From contig MU058059.1 of NCBI GenBank assembly GCA_013265495.1, positions 1,835,502 through 1,899,501 of the forward strand: a stretch of 64,000 bases of DNA, given 5' to 3'. Positions 39,374 through 51,050 of the stretch are shown here, piece after piece (positions within the stretch are counted from its first letter, which is position 1; every line of letters begins with the position of its first letter). The notes below the pieces were generated by a model. The model was given only the letters and a program-made list of their open reading frames with translations. It had not been told where the DNA came from and searched no databases. The translations under genes and the position numbers were made by a program. Origin of the DNA: Vicugna vicugna. Taxonomy: Eukaryota.

Positions 39374-40399
39374 AAAAGCACTTTCACATTCTGCTGTCAA
39401 ATTCAGCCTCCTCCATAGTTTAAGAGGAAGACGGGACAATGTTCTTATCAACATTTTAGGAATTAGGAAATACAGTCTTGGAGAATTAAATGAACAATGC
39501 AGAACCTTAATCAGAGAGACGTCTCATTGCCTAAGCCATGCTCTTTCTATGGTCAAGCTCCGCCTTCCTGACAAATGGTTGCTGTGTTAGCCTCGTGCTG
39601 GGAGCGGCATCCTTACCTTCAATCAAGTCTAGACGGGCCTCCCTGTAGCTTCATCTGTTGGGCCTGCCCACGCTCTCTGAAGCAACAGAATTGGAAAGAT
39701 AGATGACAGCCTCGAGGTGAGACGAGAGCCTGCCTGCCCCCAAATCCACGTTAACGGGTGGAGCCTCCCCAGGAGCGGGCACAGCCCAGGGCCCCCACCA
39801 TTCTCAACCGCCCTCATCTGAAGATCGCAAGCTGGGCTTCCTTTTGCTGCCCACAGCCTCTCCCCGCAATCCTGAGTCTCAGCGGATCTCCAGTTAGAAG
39901 GAGACCATGACGGGGTCTCCATCCACTGGCCCACTCCACGGCCTCTTCACTCACAGAACACGCTCTCCTCCCCTCCTGAGTGGCTTACAGCCCCAAGCAC
40001 ACTCTGGATAAACATAATTATTTCAGTCCGCTTTACAGTTTACTAGAACATCATGAAAGAATGATGCCTGGCTTCACAGGAAGTACCTGCTGGCTTGTGA
40101 GCCGTCACTTTCGGCATCTCTAGGTGACAGCCCTTCCTTCCCAGCGTCTGTCCCCCACCTCTCAGGCCTCGCAGGGTCCAGGCTTCTCTCTTTACAGAAT
40201 AACCTCGTCGGAGCAGATGGTCATTGCAGGCTGGGGTGGCCGCGGGCTTCTGCTTTCTACTGAGCGGGACACAGCCTGGATGTGCTTGACCCCACCCCCA
40301 GGACCGTGGCCACCAAACCATTCTAACCACCACACCAACGACCACCAGCCATCCTACCAAAGTCATAAAAGGCCGGGCAGTCACCTCTGGGCCTCCTCG

Positions 40400-41180
40400 C
40401 AGCTTCCCGAGCTCGATCCTTGCAGCAGATTGGCTCCGTCCACACTGGCCCACCGCCACACTCACTGCCAGGCTGGCCCGGCCCCGCCCCACTGGGTCCA
40501 GTTCCCCGCTTTCTGATCCCACCCCCTTGAAGGAGGCTGGCTCCGCCCACCTCGCCCCGCTGGCACCACGCCGCACTTCAGCCCCTCCCGCGCCCTCAGG
40601 CCACGCCCAGTGACGCAGTCCTTAACTTCCGGGCGCGCAGCCTTTCCCGCCATGTTGAGCGTTCGCGGTCCTAACAAGCCTGAGAGACTTCGTTTCCTCC
40701 GCTTCTTCCTCTTCAGGGCGTCGCGCACGCCTCATACTGACCCAGAGGACAACACTTTGAAGAACTTTGCCCCATGTTCTCCCGCTCTGTCTGCTTGAGC
40801 AGCGGGAAGGGCTCGAGAGAACTATGAATCTGCCCACATTCCTTCAGGAGCCTAGGAAGGCCTTCCCGGCGTCGGGCGAGGCCGGCCCTCGAGGGAAACG
40901 GTGGCTCCTGTGACTCCTGAGATGCAGTGCGGCGAGCGGCCCGGCTTGGCCCGCGGAGGTTCCGGGTTATTGCTCCCCATGTCACCCCGCAGCAGTGACC
41001 GGGAGTCGTGTGTGTGCTGAGAACCAGGCTGGGCCGATGCTGGAGGCCCAGGACGACGCGGGGCTGAGGCACTGAGAGGCTGACCAGGCTCCGGGCAGAC
41101 AAGGCTTTGAGGCGAGATCCAGGGTTCGCGAATCAAACACAGGTGGAGTCAGTGCTGCTTTCTGGTTGAGTGACGGCCGC
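40400..41180. promoter_or_regulatory. Intergenic CpG island with promoter-like motif cluster
   Basis: CpG-dense and GC-rich; ATTGG 40429, GC boxes 40481/40541/40601, TGACGCA 40611, ETS ACTTCCGG 40625, E2F TTTCCCGC 40643, YY1 CCGCCATGTT 40647. Confidence 0.8.
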
Positions 41181-41929
41181 TCCCAGATGAAGAGAAAGCG
41201 CCCAGGAAGAGCCCAGTGCTGGCAGCATGAGCTGCAGCCTCAGAGTGAGACGACCAGTGTCCTGAGGACGTGGGGGGGCATCACCAGAGGCCACCCCGAG
41301 TGGACACGGATGGCTGCTGGGCGGAGAAGTGGCCCCAGAGAGGAGACCGTGAGAGTCACATCATGGTCTTCGCTGGTGACCTGCATACAGACCATGTCGG
41401 CAGACCCAGAGATGGATGCACGACTGAGGTAGGATGGGGAAAGGGAGGTGGGGAGTGGAGCCGGCCGCCTAACAAGTGCCCATTGCTTAGTGGGGGCTTC
41501 TCCCCTCCCCCATTTCAGAACCTGTGCGCCGTCTGTTCCTTCTGCCCAACAGCCTTTCTGTCCAACCCCAGCGTCCTGACCCACGAGGCCAGGCCGAATG
41601 CCTCATGCTCAGCCTCCCTATCTCAGCACTTCCATCACTTTCTCAGAAGCTTACTCTGTTCCCACAGAGTACCAGTTGAGGTCAGATCCTCCTGTCTCAT
41701 CTCTTCAGGCTGCTATCCAGAATGCCATAACCTGGATGGCTTATAAGCAACAGACTTATTTCTCACTGTTCTGGAGGTAGAAATCTGAGATCAGGGTGCC
41801 AGTCTGGTTTGTAATCATATCGTTTTGAGATTTCTTTTAAAAACTTGATATATATATCTTACTCATATCACTCTCTACACACTAGATAGTAAACTGAATT
41901 TGGGGACAGTTACCTGTTTTGCTTACTAT

Positions 41930-42270
41930 GACAGGTGTTGAATTTTGCCAAATTGTCTTCTGCATCATTTGAGATGTTTACATGTTTTTTCCTCTTTCAT
42001 TCTGTTAATATGGTGTGGTATATTTATTTTCATATGTTGATCTATCCTTGAATTCCAGGAATAAATCCTGCTTGGTCATGTTGTATAAACTTTTTGATAT
42101 GCTACTGAGTTCAGTTTGTTAGTATTTTGTTGAGGATTTTTGCAAATAATTCAAAAGAATTATTGGTCTGTAGTTTTCTTGTAATGTTTTTGTCTGGTTT
42201 TGATAGTCGAGTAATGTTGGCCTCTACAGAATGAATTAGGAAGTGCTCCCTCTTCTGTTTTTGATCCATG
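41930..42270 (-). mobile_element. L1 ORF2 (RT-region) fragment
   Basis: Minus-strand remnant EANITRLSKPDKNITRK…FAKILNKILTN. Confidence 0.75.
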
Positions 42271-42927
42271 TGTTTAGTTAAAGGAATAATATAAACACAA
42301 CAGGCACTGTGCAAGAACTAATGATTTCTTAAAGATGGAGTCATTTGAAATTCTTGCTGTTAAATATATTGCATCAACTACTGTTAATTAAGAAGCACTG
42401 CTTAAGGTTGGTGAAAAGACAAACATTTAAAGATAAATAATTCAATTTATAAGGAGTCCTTTGAATGCAAGAGATACCCTAAAGTAAACCATGATTAATT
42501 GCCAGGTGTATGTGATAAAATAATTCAGAAGTGGACAAGAAGGGTGAAAGTGGGCTGAGAAGAATTCACAGAAGAGGGGGAATTTAGAGTGTCACATGTA
42601 GAGAGATGAGAGGAATAAGTTATAGATGGAAAAGTAGAACAGGCAAGAGTATTGAAGGGAATGAGCTAAGAGCAAAGAGCCCATTTTGGCTATGACAGAA
42701 GGTCAGGGAGATAGTGAGTTTTAGATGGTCCTCTACAGACTGTAAGGGGATGGAACTTGTAAGAGGGTGGAATTTATCTCACACAGCCCTTGATAGGCAG
42801 GAGGAGACATAGTGATATGAGCAAAGGAATATTTTAGCAGTGCAAGCAGGCTACATTGAACAGAGAGCCCCCTCAAGCTAGAGACTGACCCCAAGGTGGT
42901 AGGACAGATGCATTCAGGAGGGCATGG

Positions 42928-42975
42928 CTTGGTATGTTTTATTCACTCCCCTTGGTATGTTTTATTCACTCCCCT
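42928..42975. repeat. Perfect 23-bp tandem duplication
   Basis: CTTGGTATGTTTTATTCACTCCC x2 (42928-42950, 42951-42973). Confidence 0.95.
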
Positions 42976-43740
42976 GATAGGGGATGTATGATAGTGCCTT
43001 TCATATAGTTGTTGCTCTATATTTATTTAGTGAATGAATGGAAAAAGACATAAACTAGCAAATGGAAATAATGTTGGGAATGCAAAATCTCTGAAGGAAA
43101 AAGCTGACTGGATATGAGTATCAGGATTATCCTGACATTTCTAATAATGATATAATTTATAACCTATTGAAAGAATGATAATGGCACCAATAGAAATAGG
43201 GAAGTCTAGAGATTAAGTTAATTGGGTGGGCTAGAGGTGGAAAAGAAATAGGCATGTTTGGACAAGGTGAGTTGAGATGGGTAACACATTCAAGCAGAAA
43301 TGCCTAGTATCCAGCAGGAATTGGCTTTTGAAGGATAAGTCATGACTGTGAACATTGATTATTTTTAATGTTTGGGAACCCTTTGCACCTAGGTTATGTT
43401 TTAAACCTTAGATGTACATGAGATCCAAGTTAAAGGGAGGAAAAACAGAAAGACAAAAATCAATATTGGAAATTTGGAGAGCATCCACATTTAGGGGATT
43501 GGAAGTGAAATATATTGATGTTTATCTGAGCAAAACACATACTGAATGTCTGTCTATAGAGTGTGAATTCACAGCAAACACGGAATTTTAGTATTTAAAA
43601 ACTATTCTGTACATGATTTAAAGTGTACTATTAAGAGTGATAGCAGTTGATGACCTGAAATGACTGAAATGAGTTCTCAATGATTTAAGATCAAACTGGT
43701 AAAAGAAAAAGATATTTAACTAAAACCAAAAGCCATTTAT

Positions 43741-43792
43741 GTATGTATGTATGTATGTATGTATGTATGTATGTATGTATGTATGTATGTAT
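43741..43792. repeat. (GTAT)13 tetranucleotide microsatellite
   Basis: 13 uninterrupted GTAT units. Confidence 0.95.
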
Positions 43793-44419
43793 TTGTTTAG
43801 TGGGAAAGTGCCCACATAGCAATAAATACTCTCTTAGCCCGCTTTATATCACCCCCCTCCTAAGCCTACCCCTTTCCCAGATTCTCAATATTTATTCCCT
43901 GGCATAGTCTTCTGTTTCCTATATGGGCCTATTAGACAGGTCCAGGAAGAACTGTGTTTATTTTTTAAAATTTCCTTTGAGAGTGTTTTGAATCAGATCA
44001 CATAAGCCTTCTATCTTTTCTTACCTGCTGTTTGTATAAGTTTAAAATGATTATCCTGATGTCTAGCCAGGTCCTCATCAATTAAAAATCCATTTCTCAT
44101 CAATTTATGGACAGTAAATTAATGGAGAAATCTGAAAGACATGGAAATTTGTAGTTAATACTGATATAAACAGAGATTTAATTACCTTTGAATTCACAGA
44201 ATAGTTCACTTAATGGAGAGTGACAAGCCCCCAGTCCCTGTTCAATCATGTCATGTGAGAGCAGGGGCAGTCTCTTCCCTGAAAGAATGTTCACAATATT
44301 ATCAGCATGCTTGGAGGTATCAAATTCAAATGCTCATGTGGAGTTTAAATTGAGTCTGCTATTCATAGCTGTGGGACTAAAGGGAGAGGATTTGGATAGT
44401 CACATTTTAAAATTATTTT

Positions 44420-46170
44420 TCTACAACTTTATTGAGGTATATTAAGTTCAGTTAAATAGCAAATATTTAAAATCATTGGGTTTGATAATATGTATAGACC
44501 TATGAAACCATCACCACAAACAAAATTGTTAGCGATTACATCACCCCAGTCTAAAAGTCTCCTTGTGCCAGTTTGTAATCTGTTCCTCTCTCCAGCGTGA
44601 TCCCAGTCATTTTCTAGGTTTTTTATGTATATAATATCATGAAGTATGTATTTTTGTGTAAGGCTTTTTCCATTCAGGACAATATTTCTGAGATTCATCC
44701 ATGTTTATGTATCAGTTGTTTATTCCTTATTTCTATGTAGTGTTCCATTATATTAATATGCTGCACTTTATCAGTTCTTACATTGATGGACATCTGGTAT
44801 GTTTCTAGTTTTTGGCTACTACTATTGAAGCTCCTAGGGACATTTATCTGCAGGTCTTTGTGTACATATATGTTTTTATTTCTCTTTGACAAATACCAAG
44901 AATAGGATAGAATGGACATATGATAGGTGTATATTTAACTTTTTAAAGAAATTACCAAACTGTTTTCCAAAGTGTGTGTACCACTGTACATCCCACTAGC
45001 AATGTACATTGTTTGAGTTGTTCAACATCCTTGTCAACACTTAGCCGTTCTAGATGGTACGTAGTTGGATCTTGTGGTGGTTTTAATTTGTATTTTCCTA
45101 ATGACTAATGATGATAAGCTTCTTCTCTTCTGCATTTTGGGCATTCATATTTCTTCTTTTGTGAAATATTTATTAATATCTTTTGCTCCTTTTTAGTTGG
45201 ATTGTTTATTGTTGAGTTGTAAGAGTTCTTTACGTGTTCTGGATATAAGAGCAGAACTGCTCTTGATGAATTATCTTGGTTTTCTTTCATCTGAGAATGT
45301 CTTTATTTTGCTTTTAACTCTGAAAGATATTTTAATATTTTCACTGGATGTAGAATTCTGGATTGATAAGCTTTTTTACTTTAGCACTTTAAAAATGCAG
45401 TCCTACTATCTTCTGGTCTTTGTGGTTTCTCCTGAGAAATTCATGGATATTTGAATTATTGTTTCCCTGTATATAATGGGCTCTTTTTGCTTTCAGTACT
45501 TCTTTAATTCTTTTTGGATTTTAGAAGTTTGATTATTATATGTTGAGGCATTGTTTTCTTTGAAATTGAAATTTTTCTGTATGGAGTTTGCTGAATGTCT
45601 TGAATCTGTAAATCTATATGCTTTTCACTAAATCTTGGGATTTTGCCTTTTTGTTCTTTTGCCATTCTTGATGAAAAATCTTTTTTTTGTTGTTGTTGTT
45701 GTTCCAGTCTCTTTCCTCTCCCTATGGGACTCCCGATTATACTGTGTTAGCTTTTTACGTGTTATCTGCCTGACACTGGGTCTATTTTTTTTCAGTCTTT
45801 TATCTCTCTCTGGTATGTTGGATACTTCTTATCATTCTGTCTTCAAGTTTACTGACCCTTTCCTTTATCATTTCCATTCTGATACTGAGTCTAATTATTT
45901 TTTTCAGTTCAGACATTGTATTTTTCAGTTCAGTAATTTTCAATTGGTTCCTTTTTCTATTTTCCATTTCTTTGTTGAGAATTTCTATCATTTCATTCAT
46001 TTCAAATGTGTTTACCCTGACCTTATGTAGCATAAATCTAATTACTGCTTTAAGGTCTTTGATAATTCCATTTTGAGGTTGGCATTTTTTCCTTTGAGAA
46101 TTAGTCCTGTCTTCCTGGTTGAAAGATTTTAAATTGTATCCTGAACATTGTGAATGTTACGTATTGTGGA
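44420..46170 (-). mobile_element. Old L1M fragments (3' end, then ORF1 region)
   Basis: caactttattgaggtata…tttctgagattcatccatgtt…accaaactgttttccaaag; ORF1-like minus ORF 45800-46033 (ENRKRNQLKITELKNTMSELK). Confidence 0.75.
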
Positions 46171-46184
46171 CTCTGGGTTCTATT

Positions 46185-48939
46185 TCTTTTTAATTGAATT
46201 GTAGTCAGTTATAATATGTCAATTTCTGGTGTACAATGCAATGTCCCAGTCATGCATATATATACATATATTTGTTTTCATTCTTTCTCATTAAAGGTTA
46301 TTAGAAGATATTGAATATAGTTCCCTGTGCCATACAGAAGAAATTTGTTTATCTATATTTTATATTTAGTGATTAACATTTGCAAATCTCAAACTCCGAA
46401 ATTTATCTCTGCCCACCACCTTTCCCCAGTAGCCATTAAGATTGTTTTCTGTGTTTGTGAGTCCGTTTCTTTTGAAGATGAGTTCATTAGTGTCCTCTGT
46501 TTTCTTTTCTTTTCTTTTTTTTAGATTCCACATGTGAGTGATATCATACAGCATTTTTCTCTTTCTGGCTTACTTCATTTAGAATGATGATCTCCAGGTC
46601 CATCCTTGTTGCTGCAAATGGCATTATTTTATTCTTTTGATGGCTGAGTAGTATTCCATTGTACAAATATACCAGATTCTTTATCCAGTGATGTCTTGAC
46701 TATTGTATATAGTCCTGCTTTGAACATTGGGGTGCATGTATCTTTTCAAAAAGAGTCCCACCTCCAGATATATGCCCAGGAATGGGATTGCTGGATAATA
46801 TGGCAAGTCTATTTTTAGTTTTTTTAAAGAATCTCCATCCTGTTTTCGATAATGCCTGCACCAAACTACATTCCCACTAGCTGTGTAGGAGAGTTCCCTT
46901 TTCTCCACACCCTCTCTAGCATTTATTGTTTGTGGAGTTTTGAATGATGGCCATTCTGACTGGTGTGAGGTGATACCCCATTGTAGTTTTGATTTTCATT
47001 TCTCTGATAATTAATGATATTGAGCATGTTTTCATGTGCCTAGTGGCCATTTGTTTGTCTTCATTAGAGAACTGCTTGTTTTGGTCTTCTGCCCATTTTT
47101 GGGTTGGGTTTTTTTGTGGTTGTTATTAAGCTGTATGAGCTGTTTATATATTCTGGAAATAAAACCTTTGTCAGTCTCATTATTTGCAAATATTTTCTCC
47201 CACTCATAGGTTGTCTTTTTGTTTTGCTTATGTTTCCTTTTCTGGGCAAAAGCTTATAAGTTTAATTAGGTCTCATTTGTTTATTTTATTTATTTATTAA
47301 TTTTTGTCTATATATATTTTTTACTGAAGTATGTGTCAGTTTCTGGTGTACAGCATGATGCTTCAGTCATAGATAAATATACCTACATTTTTCATATTCT
47401 TTTCACTGTAAGTTGCTACAAGATATTGAATATAGTTCCCAGTGCTATACAGTATAAATTTATTGTTTATTTTATATATAATAATTAGTATCTGCAAATC
47501 TTGAACTCCCAATTTGTCCCTTTCCACCCTCTGTCCCCCCTGGTAACCTTAAGTTTGTTTTCTATGTCTGTGAGTCTGTGTCTGTCTTGTAAATAAGTTC
47601 ATTTGTCCTTTTTTTTTAGATTCCACATATAAGTGATATCATATGGTATTTTTTTTTCTCTTTGAGACTTCACTTTTCATAATGCCTTCACCAAACTACA
47701 TTCCCACCAACAGTGTAGGAGGGTTCCCTTTTCTCCACACCCTCTCTAGCATTTATTGTTTGTGAACTTTAAAAATGATGGCGTGAGGTGACAACCTCAT
47801 TGTAGTTTTGATTTGCATTTCTCTGATAATTAATGATATTTAGCATTTTTTCATGTGCCTATTGGCCATATGTATGTCTTCATTGGAGAATTGCTTGTTT
47901 ACATCCTTAGCCCATTTTTGGATTGGGTTTTTTTTTTCTTATTAAGTTGTATCAGCTGTTTATGTATTCCGGAAATTAAGCCTTTGTCAGTCGCATCATT
48001 TGCAAGTATTTTCTCCCATTCTGTAGGATGATGTTTTGTTTTGCTTATGGTTTCCTTTACTCTGCAAAAGCTTATAAGTTCAGCTAGGTCCCATTTGTTA
48101 ATTTTTGCTTTTATTTCTATTGTCTGGGTAGATTGCCCTAGGAGAACATTGCCAAGATTTGTGTCAGAAAATGTTTTGCCTATGTTTTCTTCTAGGATTT
48201 ATACTGTCTTGTCTTATATTTAAGTCTTTAAGCCTTTTTGAGTTTATTTTTGTGTATGGTCTGAGGGAGCGTTCTAACTTCATCGATTTACCTGTTGCTC
48301 TCCAGTTTTCCCAGCACCACTTGCTGAAGAGACTGTCTTTTCTACATTGTACATTCTTGCCTCCTTTGTCTATAGTTAACTGACCATAGGTCTGTGGGTT
48401 TATTTCTGGGCTCTTTATTCTGTTCCATTGATCTATATGTCTGTTTTTGTGCCAGTACCATTCTGTTTTGATTACTATAGCTCTGTAGTATTGTGTGAAG
48501 TCTGGGAGGCTTATTTCTGCACCTTTGTTCTTTTTCTTCAATATTGCTTTGGCAGTTCTGGGTCTTTTGTGATTCCATATACATTTTAGGATTATTTGTT
48601 CTAGTTCTGTGAGAAATGTCCTGGGTACTTTGATAGGGATCACATTAAATTTGTAGATTGCCTTCAGCAGTATGGCCATTTTAACAATATTAATTCTTCC
48701 AGTCCAAGAACATGTGATATCTTTCCATTTCTTTAAATCAACTTTAATTTCCTCAGTCAGTGTTTTGTAGTTCTCCATATATAAGCCTTTCACCACCTTG
48801 GTCAGATTTATTCCTAAGTATTTTATTTTTTTGGATGCGATTTTAAAAGGGATTGTTTCTTCACTTTCCTTTTCTGATACTTCATTGTTAGTGCAAAGAA
48901 ATGCAACCGATTTCTGTATGTTAATGTTGTATCCTGCCA
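46185..48939 (-). mobile_element. Composite of two tandem 5'-truncated younger L1 copies (ORF2 C-terminal part and 3' UTR)
   Basis: 258-aa minus ORF 48164-48940 is L1 ORF2 ([35 protein letters not shown]); two 3' ends at ~46190 and ~47310; 13/15 TSD actctgggttctatt / actctgggccctatt. Confidence 0.9.
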
Positions 48940-50494
48940 ACTCTGGGCCCTATTGTAAGTCTTGGAAGAATTGTTGATGTTTTGTGTTTTAGTGAGATAT
49001 TGACTAACTTATGTTCAGACCATAAGTTCTATTTTCTGTTGATTATATCAGTTAAACACACACATGCATACCTTTCAATTGACTGGGGAATTGCTATAAA
49101 AGTCAGCAATTGATTTGTCTAGTCAGTTTTATCAGTTTGGGACTCCGCCCCCTTTTTCCCCTCAACTTTACTCAATTCAGTGTAAGAGTGAAAGGAAGAA
49201 AAAGTGTTCACTTTTAGGTTAGCTTACTAAGAAGTGCCTTTTCAGTTCACTTCTGATCTCACCTAGAAGATTGGAAGATTTCCATGGTCTTCCAAGTTTG
49301 AACATCTTTTTCCCGGCCAGAATTAATGAATTTAGCCTGCCAGATCATTTTTACTTTTTCTTTTGCCCTTCTCACTCATATTTCTTCTTAAATGCCATGT
49401 TCAATTTAATTAAACTTTGAGAGTACCAAATTACATTTAAATCTTGGAGAATACTAAAGTCAGAGTTATAAACTAACATCCTAACCACAGCTAAAATTTG
49501 CTTACCTTCCTAGTAGTTACAAAGCCCCAGATATAACCTCTGGTGTGTCTCTTCCTCACAAGCTCCCACCTGCTCCCTTGACTGATGTTCTTTCCCTGAT
49601 TGTTCTCTTCTGACCACCTAAAAGGGACATAACTCAGTGCATTTCAATTTTTATCAAAGCTTCTGCTGTTGTTTTTATTCATAGCAGATAATCACATTTG
49701 GATTTTGAAAACATGCTAAAAATTAAATTATTGATGAAATACTTGAAGTTTATAATGGCTCTGGGTAAAAGAAACTGCCATAAACTTTACTCTTTCATAG
49801 CTATGAAATTCCTACACAGAAACAAACAGGTTTTCAATATTCAAGTTGGAATTTGTGTTCTAATACTGTATAATTATTACACACTATGTATACTCTTAAG
49901 AAGAAAATACCATCTCCAAATTGCGTTACTTAGAAAAAAATGATTTACATTATTATTTTCACCCAAGTCCTTGCATCAGACAGCTGCAATGGGTCCCATC
50001 GCTGGACACAGAAAGAGTTTGAAAGGAACAAAGGCATGTTTTTGTCGCCTTTTGAAAAAATTCCTGATAGTATTGACATTTCAGAATATATTAAGCTGAA
50101 AATTTCACTGAATAATATGAAAATTGTTAAGCCTATGGAACTTCTTTTGGGAATATCTTACAAAAGAGACTTATTTTGCTTTTTGTTTAGTGCTTAGTAG
50201 ATGGTTTAGAGGAATTACCTTTGCAAAGAACTTTTCAAATTTATAGGAAGAACTACACTGCTCAGTTATTTTTAGAAAAAAATGAGTAACTCATAATCAC
50301 CTCAACAATTGCCTACTAATAATCTCCCATAGGTTTTAATTATGTTAGCTCTGGGAGAAATGCCCAAGAAATAATCCAACACAATAGAGACCTTCTAGGA
50401 GCTATGAACCAATTAAAGGATCGTTGAGGAACACATACAATGTGAAGGGAAAACGGAGCGTTAACTAAGTGCCATTAAAAAACAAAAACACTGG

Positions 50495-51050
50495 TTTGAA
50501 CCCCAGCGTTCGTAGTGGTGTTATTTACAGTGTTCGAGACATGGAAGCAACATGTGTCTATCATCAATAGATGAATGGATAAAGAAGGTGTGTGTGTGGT
50601 AGGGCGGTGGAATACTGTTCAGCCATTAAAAAGAATGAAATTTTGCCATTTAGCAACTACATGGGTGGAATTGGAGGGTATTAATAATGCTTAGTGAAAT
50701 AAATCAAAGACAAGTACTATTTGATATCACATATATAGAATCTAAAACATAAGACAAACTAATGAATATAACAAAAAGGAAACCAGATACAGAGAACTAA
50801 CTAGTGGCTACCAGTGAGAGGAGGGAAGAGGAGAAGGGCAAGATAGTAATAGGGGAGTAACAAGTACAAACTACTATGTATAAAATAAATAAGCTACAAG
50901 AATGTATGGTACAGCACAGAGGATATAGCCAATATTTTATAATAACTATAAATGGAGTATAACCTCTAAAAGCTGTGAATCATTAATGTTCACCTAAAAT
51001 GTATATAATATTGTTTCATCAACTATACCTCAGTAAAATTCTTTTTTAAA
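50495..51050 (+). mobile_element. L1 3' end (L1MA-like)
   Basis: acatggaagcaac…gatgaatggataaagaag…aaaagaatgaaattttgccattt…caactatacctcagtaaaa. Confidence 0.85.

Noticed and set aside
40043..41746. Cluster of 100-177 aa ORFs around the CpG island as coding genes
   Set aside because: Overlapping on both strands with no recognisable domain; expected from stop-codon scarcity in GC-rich DNA
48164..48940. Longest ORF (258 aa) as a host gene
   Set aside because: It is L1 ORF2 sequence inside a 5'-truncated, TSD-bounded element
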